Positions 37,601 to 48,001 of a stretch of 59,505 nt of DNA are shown here, one piece after another. The first letter of the stretch is position 1; every line of letters starts with the position of its first letter. The position numbers and the translations under genes were made by a program. Source of the stretch: a virus (Duplodnaviria; Caudoviricetes); the IMG/VR virus record IMGVR_UViG_3300025141_000095, positions 1 through 59,505 of that record; one strand, written 5' to 3'. Below the pieces are notes generated by a model. It was not told where the DNA came from, made no database searches, and was given only the letters and a program-made list of their open reading frames with translations.

Positions 37601-40600
37601 TTCCTTGGCTATTGACTGTTACGGTGGTGTTCTCGAAGCCTTTCGGCGAAGCCAGCGCCGAGGAAGAGACCGAACGAATACTTCTAGAGCTGTTCCAGAT
37701 TTGTGGACGTCCAGTATGTTTGCTAGCGAGGCCCATTTGTTCAGTATATTTTGTTCTTGATCTAAACCTGTTTTGATATACACTAGTTTCGCGAGGATAA
37801 ATTCGTTCTGTGTACTCTATTGTCGGAGCGTTTGAGTTCAACACTTCAGCGGTGGCAAGCCGGTATGGAGTATTTAAAGTGGCATCCTTGGCTATATCCA
37901 GTCGATTATTAAGTTTCTCATTAGAAAAATAATCTAGATTGTTTGCCCACGAAAGTCTCATTAGCGCGGTCACCTGATTCGATGTATCTTCCATCACAAA
38001 AGATATTGGCTTATGTCTGCTACTTAGTGGTTGTTCAATATAGCGAGTAACAGTATTGCTCTTAATACCGTGCACGGTCGTCTGCCATCCATCTCCATAG
38101 TAAATAAATTGAGATTCATAATCACGCTGAGATATTATATTAGTATACCTCTGGGATCTCACAACCGGGTGTTCGCTGCCTCTTATCTGTTTCCATGTGG
38201 GATGCCCCCATGGCCCATTGCGGTGTAGCATAAGCGCATTAAAGGCCGGGACTCCTCCGGTGGAATACGATCCAACGAGGCCGCCCAGAATTCCGGCTGC
38301 AGGGAGTACGGCTGGGGCCTCTGTGCCCTCGTTGCCGATGTTGATATAATGTATAAGATTCTTAAGATCCGTTGTATCAGTACCCCCGTCTTTATACCCC
38401 TCAAAAAAACCTAAAAAGTTGTATCTGCAGGTTACTGGTTCGCGAACGTTTGTGTTCATGCCGTTAAAGGGCGTTCCCAAAGCGTCCCTGGTGGATGTCC
38501 CAGAATCCGCTCCGAAAACGCGGGGGCCGGCGAGGGGCTGGTCGCCAAGCTGGCCAGAGCCGGTGCTGGCAAAATCACTAGATGAAATAACTGGCAGGCT
38601 TGTCACAAAGCTTCCACTTAATATTGTATAAGTAAAATAATCACTTCCGGACGGCAAACTTTCTGCTATCCACCGATAGCCGCGGGCAGCTCTTGGTATG
38701 GGATGTTGTACCCACCAGTTATCATACTGAGAGCCAGTCAGTATCAGCGCATGCGCGGCGTAAGGGTCCGAATCCCCACTAGCTTCAAATCTATATCTCC
38801 TGTTTCTGTTAACCTTGTGGTATGAGGGGACAGTATTGTATGCGCTCGATGATACACTACCATATTGAGCATCCGTACCAAAGGGGCCGGCATGCAAAGT
38901 GAGCAGTGTTCTCAAGCCGCGGGGATATTCGAGGTGACCGTGAACATGTATTGATCCAGATTCACCGCTTCCAGAGCCTCTGACCGTTAGATTGCGGAAC
39001 GGCAATGCGTTATAAACCGACTTTTCTTCGTGCGCTGGGTCCATATAGCCCCTAGAGAGCACTTCATACGAACCAGGCGATGAAAACCGATTGACTATTA
39101 CTGTTTTATTGGACGTCGAACCGGTTCTGCCAGGTAATTCATATCTCAACTGTCCTCCTGGGTTAACTGTGGCGTTAACGGGTGGGGTATTGGGACGCGA
39201 GGCTACTGTGCCAGCGGTACCAGGGCTAAGATTGCGGCCACCAATGCTATCCAAGATGATATTCGGCTCCGCAAGAGGCCAGTAAGAAAGTATTCCGCTG
39301 CGAGCTACACTAACAGGATCGATCCGCGTACCGCCATTATATAGTTTACTCACCTCGGAGGCGGACAGTTTTCGGTCCCACACCACAACATCACACATAT
39401 ATCCGGCATAGTTGCTATTGTTTGCGGCATAGCATCCAATAGTAGAGTTTTCTCCCGTAATGGTATCTGGAGCCGCGGTGTTCTCGGCGGTAGAATCATC
39501 GGCTCCGTTAAGATATATTTTAAAATCCCCAGCGGAATGGGAGCCGCCGGCATATGTAACAACAATATGATACCATGTATCAGCCGCTAGTGCTGTTGTG
39601 GATTGGACTCTTGATGTCGCGCCGGTATTGTTTGCCGCTTTCAGCTTGGAGTGGGCCCCAAGAGCGCTATGGTTAATCATGAGCGACCGGTCGGCAGTCC
39701 CGAAAGAAATCAAACGAGGATAAGTATCATCCATGGCACTTGGATTTACCCAGAGGGAATAACTATAAGCCTTGGCAGCGGCCCCGGCGCCACCAATAAG
39801 CGCTTCCCATGTAGCACCAGAGTCAGTATCCATCTGTAGGAACCCCGTAGATCCGCCAAACAGTGCAGAACCAATGCCGCCGGCTGGGCGCGCCATGGGT
39901 GTGCGGCCGCGAGTTGCCAAAGTCTCCGGATTCAATGCAAAATTGAATGACTGATCTTGGAAAAACGGATCATTGATACTTCTTCCGGCTGTTTGAATAA
40001 CCTGATAGTTCTTCGAATAGTTGCCCAACCTGGTTGAACTAGTGGTGGACAAAATATTTCTAATATTTACTGGCCGCTTAGTTATGAGGTCTCTCGCCAT
40101 ATTAGCCTTTGGTCTATCAAACAAGTAAGGAGGACTAACCGATGGAGAGTCCGGATCCGGATATTGAGGATCAACAATTCCCAAAGCCCCGGCAGGATGC
40201 GAATGCGCTCCGATCGATGGGCGCCCCAAAAGCAGCTTAAATCCTTCGGGCCGATCATCGGGAGAATCTAGGTTGTTAGGGCCTGCTTTCAGGGAGTCTT
40301 CTCGATTAATGTCGACATGCCTATATTCACGGCCGCCGACCCAGGTTTCAGTAAACAGTCCCTGAAGAGGTATTTCTGCTACGGGCCCATAACCATCATT
40401 ATGTAAGTTGGTGATTTCAACGCCTGGGGCATACTTGTCTGTTACTAGTGCATTATGTTCTGTAGTTACCGACGAACTATAAAGACTGAAAGGGGCTGTA
40501 ATATTGCCGTCTGCAGTTAAGTAATCGTCATCTCCTGGCTTGTTGATCACTGAATCTAACTTAAAGCCAAGACGCTGCCTAAAGTGAGGGTAGACCTCGT

Positions 40601-43600
40601 CTTGAATATCCATCAGCTGTTCGCGATCTTCAGCTAAGCCTAACGCCACATTTATCGGAAGGTTGGGGGCGCGTAGCGCGCCGGCGGGACGCGTAGTGCC
40701 AAATACAATTCCTGAACGCTTATTCTGATGGTAGTTATCATAACATCTATAAACTGGCTCTATAGTCATGCTGAACCTATACGCCGGGGCTTGGTTGCGA
40801 GGTACTACCTCAAGACATTTTCCCTTAACATAGTTGTAGAACCGATCTGATTTGCATGCTTTTTGTTCTATTTTGTTAAACAGTGCTTGTCTGGATTTAT
40901 TAAATTCCGTCGCGCCACCATAAGTCCATTCAGTCTTTTCAGCATTGCCTTTCCACCAATCTTTGTTTTTACTTTCCGGGGGAGGAGATAAGGGAAGCGG
41001 CGCGTGATTAAAGCGCCAGCCACCGAAAAGACGGTCTCCGGAAGAGCCTATCTGCCGCATAGTGGGGGCGCCCGAAGCTAAAATATCTCCACTGCTACCA
41101 CCGCCCTGCTGAGGATGTGGTGGCAACGTCGAGGCCAAGGTTGTTTCCATCAGGCCAGAGCCCGGGCCCCCTAGGGGATCTTTAAAATCAGCAGTTGGGA
41201 ATTTTGTTTGATACTTGTTGCGTTCGAGAACATGACTTTCTATCATCATGCGAATATTTTCTGCCACATCGGCAGAAGCCGGCACAAGTTGCATTAATAT
41301 TATTGATAGAGAACTATCAAACCACTTATAATACTCATAAAACTTATCAAAATCTATTGTTTCATTTTGAACCTTTGCGAAGAAAGCCTGACGAGCTTTC
41401 CCCATCATCTTATAGTTCATACGATATCGATTAACCGGTTCGCCAATTAGGTTATGCAAATCTCGTATGGTGGCAAAATAACGCAACATCTCCTCGGAAA
41501 TGATTTGATACATGCTCTTTTCAAATGCGTATGAAAAGTTAGTTGGTCGAATGTTTTTAAAAAACATATCTCGTTCTGCAGAATCGTAAACCTCTATCAT
41601 ATCTTGTGAGCTTAGATTCTCAGGCAAATTTTGTCTAACAGCGGTAATGTAATCTTTATCAATAGCTTTGGTATCGTTAGAGGCGAACCCGTATCCCTGA
41701 CCGGAGTTTGATCCAGTTAAAATGGTACCAAGCCAGCTTCCAGATGCGATCCCAGGTGTCCAGGGGGGTAATGCCGATGAACCAGAAGAATAATCGCGAA
41801 CAGTAAACTCTCCAGATGCATTAGAGCTTGTGATCTGATTAAAGTCCCAGTTAAGCACCAAGGTGTCAAGAGACGTTAACTCTCCAAAAGAAGCATAAAG
41901 TCCGTTGAGACGCGTAGCGCCTGACATATCAGAAAGCAAAAACGGATATGGATATCTAGTTGCATGAAGGGTACCAAAATTTTCAATATCTTTAGCGTGG
42001 GCCAACAAGGTCGCATCTTCCAAATAATTGAGCCAATGTCGAACTGAGCCGACTTTAACATCGGAGTATTCACGGATTGAACCAGTAAAGTTTGTTCTAT
42101 GGGCGCCGGCGTATAAGCGACGATTGCCGGTTACAAAGGCTGGAACTGTCCCATGAGCAGCAGTGTAACTACCAGAAATGTTAAATTCATTTAAAAGTGC
42201 CCCATCTTGTACATTAATACCGTGAAGTTCAACAATATAGTTGCCGAATCCCGCGGAACCAGTAGTTGGATCATAATTGATCAACCCGGCATAAGGATAT
42301 TTTTCTGGCTTTATGCGTACCGCTAAAGTCCAATTAGTGTTGTCATAAACGTCTTCATACAAATCCGACGTCAACTCTGGCACAAAGCCGCCAGTTGTGC
42401 CAGTTAGCCTAAATCTCACGCTTGTAGAATCTATCTCATCGCGAAGAGCATAAACCTGGAAATTGACTTCATCAGTCGCGCCAGCCACCCCGTGTGGCGC
42501 CCAAGTGGTTGAGTTTGGATCGCCATAGTAAGGCAAAGTTTTGTGGAGACCAAAGATTGAAGAGGTCAAAAACTCATTACTAATAAAATTAGTATCAGAT
42601 CTTTTCGCCTTAATAGGAAAGGTAACATTTGCTTCAGTTGTGAAAGCAAAGCCGCCGGTTAAATAAGTACTTCCTGCTATAGCGCTACCAGTTTGATATA
42701 CAGTGGCTCCTATAGAGGCTGATGTATTGAAGTCAACAAATCTTTTCGCCAAAACATGACTTGTGACATTGTCTTGTAACTCATATTCGATATTGTTGGC
42801 ATACAAGTTGAATTTTATCAACTCATCATCAATGCCATAACAGCGAATTAAGTTTCTAAAAGACTTTTCTGTCCCCTTAGATTTATAAATGAACGATAAG
42901 TTGTTATAAATGTTTTGATATATCGTATTTTTGATGTCCGTTAGGGTCTTCTCGTAAAGTCTTTTTTCTGAACGATCAGCTAGCTTTTCTAAAATATCAG
43001 CATCCAAAAACATTTCTGGTGCTATGAGACCATTGGACTCTAAAAGACGATTGGCAAATACTAATGGCTTGTTACTTCCCGAAGGATATGTCTTATCTTT
43101 TAACTTGCTTAACGCTTCGATTTGCAAATGCAGAGTATCCAAATAACTACCCATAATCTGAGTTAGATATTTGAGATCTTTAGACCCTAGCTCGTCTTCT
43201 TCCGAAACCCAGCCCGGCATTGCCCCATAAAGAGATGCGTTGTTATTGGTATCGTGCCATGAGCCGGAGCCGGCTAGTTCGCTTTCTAGTGAGGTCACCG
43301 AAGGGTGGGTTGGATATATGATTGGATCTTTGAACTCTTTTGTCGCCGCTGAAGCGCTGACTATCGCAGAACCAAGATTTCTAGAGTTTGAAGTATAACC
43401 TGTCCATGTACCGTTGGTTACACGGCCGGAATAATCCAACACCGTATTGTCGGTTGAAGTAATGCCGGTAATACCCTCATTAAATTTATAATAGACGCCA
43501 AGATTGGTATTAACGAGATTTATTGCTGTAATGCCGGGCTCTGGATCACTATTGGTGCCACCGCCAACTTGCGTAAACCAGTATTTTCCAATGTCCTTAG

Positions 43601-44693
43601 AAGTTCTTTGGGTTTTCCAATAGCGGAACTCATCTAAAGATCCAGATAGCTTGCCTGCTCCAGCAGCTGCCGATGAGTCAGCAGGAGACGCTACAAGCGC
43701 TCCGATATAAGCTTGCATGGCCCCGGTAACTTCATTAATCCCGCTGGCTGCAGCGCCATTGAGAGAGCCCGTGGTCCACAGTATACTTTCTTTGTCTAAG
43801 GCGCCATCAATATAAAATCTGGTTGTAACGCCGGCCGAAGCAGATTTAAGAGTGACCGCATAGTGGTGCCAATTTCCGTCTGCCACTGAGGCTGTTGTGA
43901 CTGTGCTCGACGCTATAGAGGATCTTATGAACCCTATGGGCGATGTAGGCTCGTGACTAGAGCCGCCGGACAGGGCCGTCAACAAGAAGGGGTCTACGCC
44001 TAGGGCCGAAGCTCCAGATAACTCGAGCCTCAATCGCCCATAAGTATCCCCACTCCCAGAGTTCCAAAGATCAAATATTACTTCTTTTTCGGTACTGTCT
44101 ACGGCCCAGCCATCCTTCTTCAGCCAAAATTCTATCGAAACGCCTTTGTTGGCTAAATCGAATTTTAAGTTAGACTCACGATTGCTTGCAGTATGATAAT
44201 AGTTTGAACCTGTAAACTGAACTGAATAAGGTGACATTCCATCAGGATTAGTGTTGGGGCCGCCTTTAAAATAAATATATTCTTTCGTCGTTGGAAGACC
44301 ATAGCCATTAGTCGACGTAGGATCTGAGCCTGCCTGATTGGCGTCGGCGCAGAATATAGCATATCCATTAGTGCGAGGATACCGATTATCAAAAATATAG
44401 AGATCTATATAAGAAGATTCATTTTCCCACTCCAGCTTTTCTTTAAGAGAGCCGTCGTATGGATAGGTGTTGTATATTCTTTTTATAGATTGTTCATAAT
44501 ATTCTTCTGCAGAGCCATACCTGGCAAAGTTAGCTGGATTAGAAAAATCTATTTGCGGAATAAACCGCTCATCTTTAATAACGTCTTGGTCGTGATATCC
44601 GACCGATTCTACCTCTAAGGCGACTTCCTCGGCCGTCACATTAGAGAGGCTTTTAAGCTCTTGCGCTTTCTTAAAATATCTTCGTAGTGTCAT
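34611..44693 (-). CDS. Giant baseplate/tail protein with LamG (concanavalin A-like) domains (3360 aa)
   Basis: LamG signatures SIEFWLK...WHHYAVT...FYIDG...GSLDEFRYW and SLWVNP...WYHIVVTY...KIYLNG...GYMCDVVVWDRKLSASEV. IYKSKGTEKSFRNLIRCYG resembles the baseplate wedge KGT motif. Lies downstream of gp25/gp6. Confidence 0.75.
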   Translation of the reverse strand: MTLRRYFKKAQELKSLSNVTAEEVALEVESVGYHDQDVIKDERFIPQIDFSNPANFARYGSAEEYYEQSIKRIYNTYPYDGSLKEKLEWENESSYIDLYIFDNRYPRTNGYAIFCADANQAGSDPTSTNGYGLPTTKEYIYFKGGPNTNPDGMSPYSVQFTGSNYYHTASNRESNLKFDLANKGVSIEFWLKKDGWAVDSTEKEVIFDLWNSGSGDTYGRLRLELSGASALGVDPFLLTALSGGSSHEPTSPIGFIRSSIASSTVTTASVADGNWHHYAVTLKSASAGVTTRFYIDGALDKESILWTTGSLNGAAASGINEVTGAMQAYIGALVASPADSSAAAGAGKLSGSLDEFRYWKTQRTSKDIGKYWFTQVGGGTNSDPEPGITAINLVNTNLGVYYKFNEGITGITSTDNTVLDYSGRVTNGTWTGYTSNSRNLGSAIVSASAATKEFKDPIIYPTHPSVTSLESELAGSGSWHDTNNNASLYGAMPGWVSEEDELGSKDLKYLTQIMGSYLDTLHLQIEALSKLKDKTYPSGSNKPLVFANRLLESNGLIAPEMFLDADILEKLADRSEKRLYEKTLTDIKNTIYQNIYNNLSFIYKSKGTEKSFRNLIRCYGIDDELIKFNLYANNIEYELQDNVTSHVLAKRFVDFNTSASIGATVYQTGSAIAGSTYLTGGFAFTTEANVTFPIKAKRSDTNFISNEFLTSSIFGLHKTLPYYGDPNSTTWAPHGVAGATDEVNFQVYALRDEIDSTSVRFRLTGTTGGFVPELTSDLYEDVYDNTNWTLAVRIKPEKYPYAGLINYDPTTGSAGFGNYIVELHGINVQDGALLNEFNISGSYTAAHGTVPAFVTGNRRLYAGAHRTNFTGSIREYSDVKVGSVRHWLNYLEDATLLAHAKDIENFGTLHATRYPYPFLLSDMSGATRLNGLYASFGELTSLDTLVLNWDFNQITSSNASGEFTVRDYSSGSSALPPWTPGIASGSWLGTILTGSNSGQGYGFASNDTKAIDKDYITAVRQNLPENLSSQDMIEVYDSAERDMFFKNIRPTNFSYAFEKSMYQIISEEMLRYFATIRDLHNLIGEPVNRYRMNYKMMGKARQAFFAKVQNETIDFDKFYEYYKWFDSSLSIILMQLVPASADVAENIRMMIESHVLERNKYQTKFPTADFKDPLGGPGSGLMETTLASTLPPHPQQGGGSSGDILASGAPTMRQIGSSGDRLFGGWRFNHAPLPLSPPPESKNKDWWKGNAEKTEWTYGGATEFNKSRQALFNKIEQKACKSDRFYNYVKGKCLEVVPRNQAPAYRFSMTIEPVYRCYDNYHQNKRSGIVFGTTRPAGALRAPNLPINVALGLAEDREQLMDIQDEVYPHFRQRLGFKLDSVINKPGDDDYLTADGNITAPFSLYSSSVTTEHNALVTDKYAPGVEITNLHNDGYGPVAEIPLQGLFTETWVGGREYRHVDINREDSLKAGPNNLDSPDDRPEGFKLLLGRPSIGAHSHPAGALGIVDPQYPDPDSPSVSPPYLFDRPKANMARDLITKRPVNIRNILSTTSSTRLGNYSKNYQVIQTAGRSINDPFFQDQSFNFALNPETLATRGRTPMARPAGGIGSALFGGSTGFLQMDTDSGATWEALIGGAGAAAKAYSYSLWVNPSAMDDTYPRLISFGTADRSLMINHSALGAHSKLKAANNTGATSRVQSTTALAADTWYHIVVTYAGGSHSAGDFKIYLNGADDSTAENTAAPDTITGENSTIGCYAANNSNYAGYMCDVVVWDRKLSASEVSKLYNGGTRIDPVSVARSGILSYWPLAEPNIILDSIGGRNLSPGTAGTVASRPNTPPVNATVNPGGQLRYELPGRTGSTSNKTVIVNRFSSPGSYEVLSRGYMDPAHEEKSVYNALPFRNLTVRGSGSGESGSIHVHGHLEYPRGLRTLLTLHAGPFGTDAQYGSVSSSAYNTVPSYHKVNRNRRYRFEASGDSDPYAAHALILTGSQYDNWWVQHPIPRAARGYRWIAESLPSGSDYFTYTILSGSFVTSLPVISSSDFASTGSGQLGDQPLAGPRVFGADSGTSTRDALGTPFNGMNTNVREPVTCRYNFLGFFEGYKDGGTDTTDLKNLIHYINIGNEGTEAPAVLPAAGILGGLVGSYSTGGVPAFNALMLHRNGPWGHPTWKQIRGSEHPVVRSQRYTNIISQRDYESQFIYYGDGWQTTVHGIKSNTVTRYIEQPLSSRHKPISFVMEDTSNQVTALMRLSWANNLDYFSNEKLNNRLDIAKDATLNTPYRLATAEVLNSNAPTIEYTERIYPRETSVYQNRFRSRTKYTEQMGLASKHTGRPQIWNSSRSIRSVSSSALASPKGFENTTVTVNSQGNAILNASCWPLDGPANDSGRAATTGSTPSNAGTNYGLATNDLSGELFNNYCRFGGYLSGTIKPAAHYAPLVPIGSASAQGSSVYYGGAKFEVASQTGQEPYRSYEEHMQYIRLIGKDHSIVPEFRISEHIGTLVEDNGSNWLADLDGSSPGMFDITGAAINNSYDLGSKICDVADTDDFYKVYGADFWKYFKVIDSDLNGKVVSNGRPLKKKLILECSALVKPLFYKGFYPVERTLELATLFSRSYGEHVSSSTPAAYRALLEPLFAPGILYNTIKSGIAVGNYVVVNPDWTTAEGDDITGSHMGFGQALSSSLTTLQGEYDGTTAAIVDFGPGSILSASTPRPVNKYGLQRIPFEAILHPQNYLNTGITVGSRRLSEGYISGSHIFDSGLGSASLSATDSEHPGSHSHRCSWDGSGKELYGMAIDNFLCETVNFFLKKGEKERPFGLTTLRGVKEESEWEPVEEDKAYAMTVHMRRPVNPRTGDPDLATFSMFNRGSGFGYPVALNQDPTATSASVSASFAHVTPGYFNGGCSVTMGFVADWTGKYNFDDIQTSLSFDYTRDLENKTEGTPGEDQYTTESPGYWFAQQIDQSIDFFDKATTDDGVYYMLQSKFETPVLNFAPGPGRSLNLATPTANSFADPGASDLISTVGMWCQSGSVPTDTSKGITISITNPESVTIDGVKYRGDNCKSLAELVGLDDTIGKPVPVGVIAHKQVLEEAVIAVPFTVDKNRRKFFDASGDAGALARMAQNMQKYVFPPKFETELPLFFAFEFDYDLDRDDLTKLYQNVMFDSDFKEVEGACEKKSSQVCSCCIEDEKLINQIYGCIDELKWLVFKVKRRAKRNYDLLRREGIDSQAILAKKHLKRPRTPTYNWPYDYFSLVELIKIDATARYSTIDAETLFSQQGPQETSTEKLFRGAVAQRIIGEETPEPTVLEGTVIDPQPGDPKMVFDTTIPTFGTNLRPRASAVDFGTRENVIDVDRVFSQPGKKGGYES

Positions 44694-46174
44694 TATTCTT
44701 CTACTCTAAATTTAAATGTCTCCGGCTGCTCGACCCAAGACTTGATCGAGTGGTTGTAATAACTAAACTTAACACCATATGCATAACCTGCCTCTAGCAA
44801 GTTCACATCTAGATCAAAATAATTGCCCGATATATCATAAGACAAATAAGTGTGTTTATCACTACCCGTTCCGTATGTTATTACATCTAAATCATCTGTC
44901 ATCCTTGCTATCTTATATGATGCACTCACAATTGTTTTATTTGGTACCGTGCTGGTTGCAACGCTATAGATGTTAGGATTCCAATCTTTTTCTCTCACAA
45001 AAAGTCTTAATCGGGCATCCTCTTGGCGGGAATATTCTGATTTCAAATTTGTAATTGCCGTAACATATTCAAAAGTTGGTGCATGATTATAAGCAGTCAA
45101 AATCAAAGGCGCCAACGAACTAGTAACATATTGAGTCGAGCCGCTGTGCCAGACATCAAAAAGTCTTGTTAAAGGCGGTGATGAGGCCGTTATGCCCACA
45201 GAAGCTGAATAAATACCCGTACTTACGTAGCCGCCAGTAATATTAGTTTTACTATTATACAAAGTTAATTTTGAGCCCGCGGGTGACGACGATCCAGAAT
45301 ACAAAGAAACCAGGATTCTTCCGGCTCCAACGCCTGGCACATTCACCAGTCGACCACGAACATAATTATAAAAATATAAAGTATTGAGATTCTCGGGGCC
45401 CGGCGCTAATGAACTGCTATAATAAAAGTTACCACGATCATCTTTGGTTCGCGAATCCCAACGAGCTTCTATTACTGGCCGCTTAAAGAAAAACTCTGTT
45501 GTGCGAGCAAAAAACTTTTTTGTATAATAAGGCTGTCCGGACGTCTCTTGGCTAGAGGTCAGCCGAATTCCTAGCCCATAGTTTTCATACTTGCCACCAG
45601 AAGATCCTATAATCCAATCTTCAACAATAGCAGATATATCAAGCTCCAAGTCTTCCCAGCCGGACGGAAATGAGGCCGTTAGCAAGTTGCGCTGCGCGGT
45701 TAAATAATCGCCGCCCGCAGTTGCCCAGGTGCCGATTCCAAGCGACGAAGAACCGCTGGCATTAATCCAGTTAGATCCCGTACTATCATATGTAATGTCT
45801 TTATATTCTTCCATATCGAGACCGTGACCCTCTTCCCACGAAGAAGATACTGGAGATACAAGCAGCTTAAAGTCGCGAGCTAATGTAAATGGGTGCTCAG
45901 CGTTATACATTTTAAGATAAAAGCTAACAGATCCGCTAGCCGGAATAGTTGATGCTGCCCGGTCTACTATAATGTTGTTTACTGGAAACTTGACTAGCAT
46001 TCGCGAGAGTTCGCTGGTTAGCCCAGAAGAGGCCGAGGACTGGCCATATATAGAAAAGACCTCTAGGCTGTCGGCCGCGCCCATATTAGAGCCCGTGCCG
46101 CGGGTAGTTAGATCAGACTCAAATGCATTCGTTATAGTATTGTCTGCATCAGCAACATATCTTCTAATGGCCAT
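44693..46174 (-). CDS. Baseplate-associated beta-sandwich protein, DNRLRE/CBM96-like N-domain (493 aa)
   Basis: ADADNTI...SRMLVKF...FYLKMY...VSSSWEEG...W.TAGGDY...DISAIVEDW...NYGLGIR...RPVIE pattern. Confidence 0.55.
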   Translation of the reverse strand: MAIRRYVADADNTITNAFESDLTTRGTGSNMGAADSLEVFSIYGQSSASSGLTSELSRMLVKFPVNNIIVDRAASTIPASGSVSFYLKMYNAEHPFTLARDFKLLVSPVSSSWEEGHGLDMEEYKDITYDSTGSNWINASGSSSLGIGTWATAGGDYLTAQRNLLTASFPSGWEDLELDISAIVEDWIIGSSGGKYENYGLGIRLTSSQETSGQPYYTKKFFARTTEFFFKRPVIEARWDSRTKDDRGNFYYSSSLAPGPENLNTLYFYNYVRGRLVNVPGVGAGRILVSLYSGSSSPAGSKLTLYNSKTNITGGYVSTGIYSASVGITASSPPLTRLFDVWHSGSTQYVTSSLAPLILTAYNHAPTFEYVTAITNLKSEYSRQEDARLRLFVREKDWNPNIYSVATSTVPNKTIVSASYKIARMTDDLDVITYGTGSDKHTYLSYDISGNYFDLDVNLLEAGYAYGVKFSYYNHSIKSWVEQPETFKFRVEE

Positions 46175-47973
46175 TATCTAACGGATCCTTTAATATCTGT
46201 ATTTGGGTATTTTAACTCAAAAACAACGTCTCGACCGGCACTAATCTGGCGGCCATCGGCGGACATGGCATCATCAAAATTGTATGCCATGGAAGAATAT
46301 ATCCCTCCTGATTTTCCCCCAATTTCAACCGACATCACATCAACTATGCCTGGTACTTCTTGGAGTTTTTTATAAATATCTGTTATATAAATCGGCTCTC
46401 CAATGTCTTTCGGCTCACTAAACAAGCTTCTTAATGCGGCGGTGGCTTTATTTAAAGCAGTATAACGATTTGTTTCATAATCTGTTACTATAATATACTC
46501 CACACCAAAATTTACTATTCTTGCATTAAAAATGTCTATTGTGTCGTTGATCATTTTGTATTGCGCCATCCAGGTTTTTAAATTGTTTTTAAGCGTAGCG
46601 TTTGCCAATGTTAACCTAGTTGTTTCGGGATCTTCAGAAACTATGTATAAATTCAAATTACGTTTAAACTCGCTAAAATCACGCGATATGCTACAACGTT
46701 TAATGGAACCAAATTTGGCAGGCATCGAATAAACCATTGCCTGATAATCTTCTAACGTAACTGCCCGATGCTGTGTTGCAAAATATGATATTACGCGTTG
46801 GCGGATTTCATCCGAGGAGGGTAATGATATATCTCCTACTACCGGACTTTCATTAATGAGCTCCAAAGAATTTCTTACGGTACCGCGAGTTGATGTGTCC
46901 AGGGCGCCGGCATTTTTAAACTTAAAATTTGTAGTACCAATTTCGGTAATAGTATCGACAGCGGCATTGACATCTCTCGTGGTATTTATCCGATAAGCAA
47001 TCGTCAAAGTAGTATTAGCGGGAGCAATTCCAAATTTATCGGTACTGATTAATTTAGTAGGATCAAATTCTCTATCCGTTATATAGTTTCTTCCATACAA
47101 ATCCATAATAACATCAGACGGGTTAATCACTGATTCAGAAAGTAACTCCGAATCCGAGCCATATCCAAACTGCAAGAAAACTTCTTCTCCACTATATTCT
47201 AAAACAAACCGGCGCGCCACAGGGACGGCCTTTAAAATAGATGGTGTTAAACCTCTATCGTCATTGTTGTTTTGGATAGCTTTGTAAATTATGTTTTGTG
47301 AAAGATTATCAACCTCATAATAAACGTGCCCTTCCGAATCTGTTACAGATAATACTTCGGCTACCGTGTTGGTTGCTAAAATAATTCGCAAAAATCTTTG
47401 AAACTCACCTATGGTTCTTGTTTCAACGTTCATTCGACCAGATACTATTCGACCTTGGGCACGAACAACATAGCTTGTTGGTTGTCCAGTAGAGCTATTA
47501 ACTACGCCGGCAGTTACCAAGTTAGACGGCCTCGAAAAATCAACATCTTCCAATAAAGTATAAGTACCACCGCCTGTTGAAGAAAACTGAGAACCAGCCT
47601 TCAAAACCGGAGCATAAGAAGCGTCAGGCGTTCCTCCGCCCCCGGACGTTGCCGGGATCTCTATATAAAAAGTAAGGACGCCATATGAAGATGGACTGCT
47701 ACTAAGCTTGAATCCCATTTGGCGCGCCAAGCGAATTACATTATTATATTCTATGGCGCTATCTAAAAAGCTCTCGTTTGTTTGGTAATCCAAATAAAAA
47801 GATAATATGTCACCCATATATGCGACAGTATCGAGCATTAGAGAGCCAAAGCTGGCCTCATTAAAATCTTTATAAGTATTGGGATAATATCTTTTTGCGT
47901 AGCTTTCTAAATCTCTACGAATGCTATCAAAGTCACGACTAGTATATTTAATGGGCTGTAATTTTTTAGGCAT
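46174..47973 (-). CDS. gp6: Baseplate wedge protein, T4 gp6-like
   Basis: YTSRDFDSIRRDL, MLDTVAYMGDILSFYLD, ESFLDSA, LQFG and QHRAVTLEDY motifs; follows gp25. Confidence 0.88.
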   Translation of the reverse strand: MPKKLQPIKYTSRDFDSIRRDLESYAKRYYPNTYKDFNEASFGSLMLDTVAYMGDILSFYLDYQTNESFLDSAIEYNNVIRLARQMGFKLSSSPSSYGVLTFYIEIPATSGGGGTPDASYAPVLKAGSQFSSTGGGTYTLLEDVDFSRPSNLVTAGVVNSSTGQPTSYVVRAQGRIVSGRMNVETRTIGEFQRFLRIILATNTVAEVLSVTDSEGHVYYEVDNLSQNIIYKAIQNNNDDRGLTPSILKAVPVARRFVLEYSGEEVFLQFGYGSDSELLSESVINPSDVIMDLYGRNYITDREFDPTKLISTDKFGIAPANTTLTIAYRINTTRDVNAAVDTITEIGTTNFKFKNAGALDTSTRGTVRNSLELINESPVVGDISLPSSDEIRQRVISYFATQHRAVTLEDYQAMVYSMPAKFGSIKRCSISRDFSEFKRNLNLYIVSEDPETTRLTLANATLKNNLKTWMAQYKMINDTIDIFNARIVNFGVEYIIVTDYETNRYTALNKATAALRSLFSEPKDIGEPIYITDIYKKLQEVPGIVDVMSVEIGGKSGGIYSSMAYNFDDAMSADGRQISAGRDVVFELKYPNTDIKGSVR

Positions 47974-48001
47974 TTATTGAATTTCCAATTAACATATTTA
48001 A

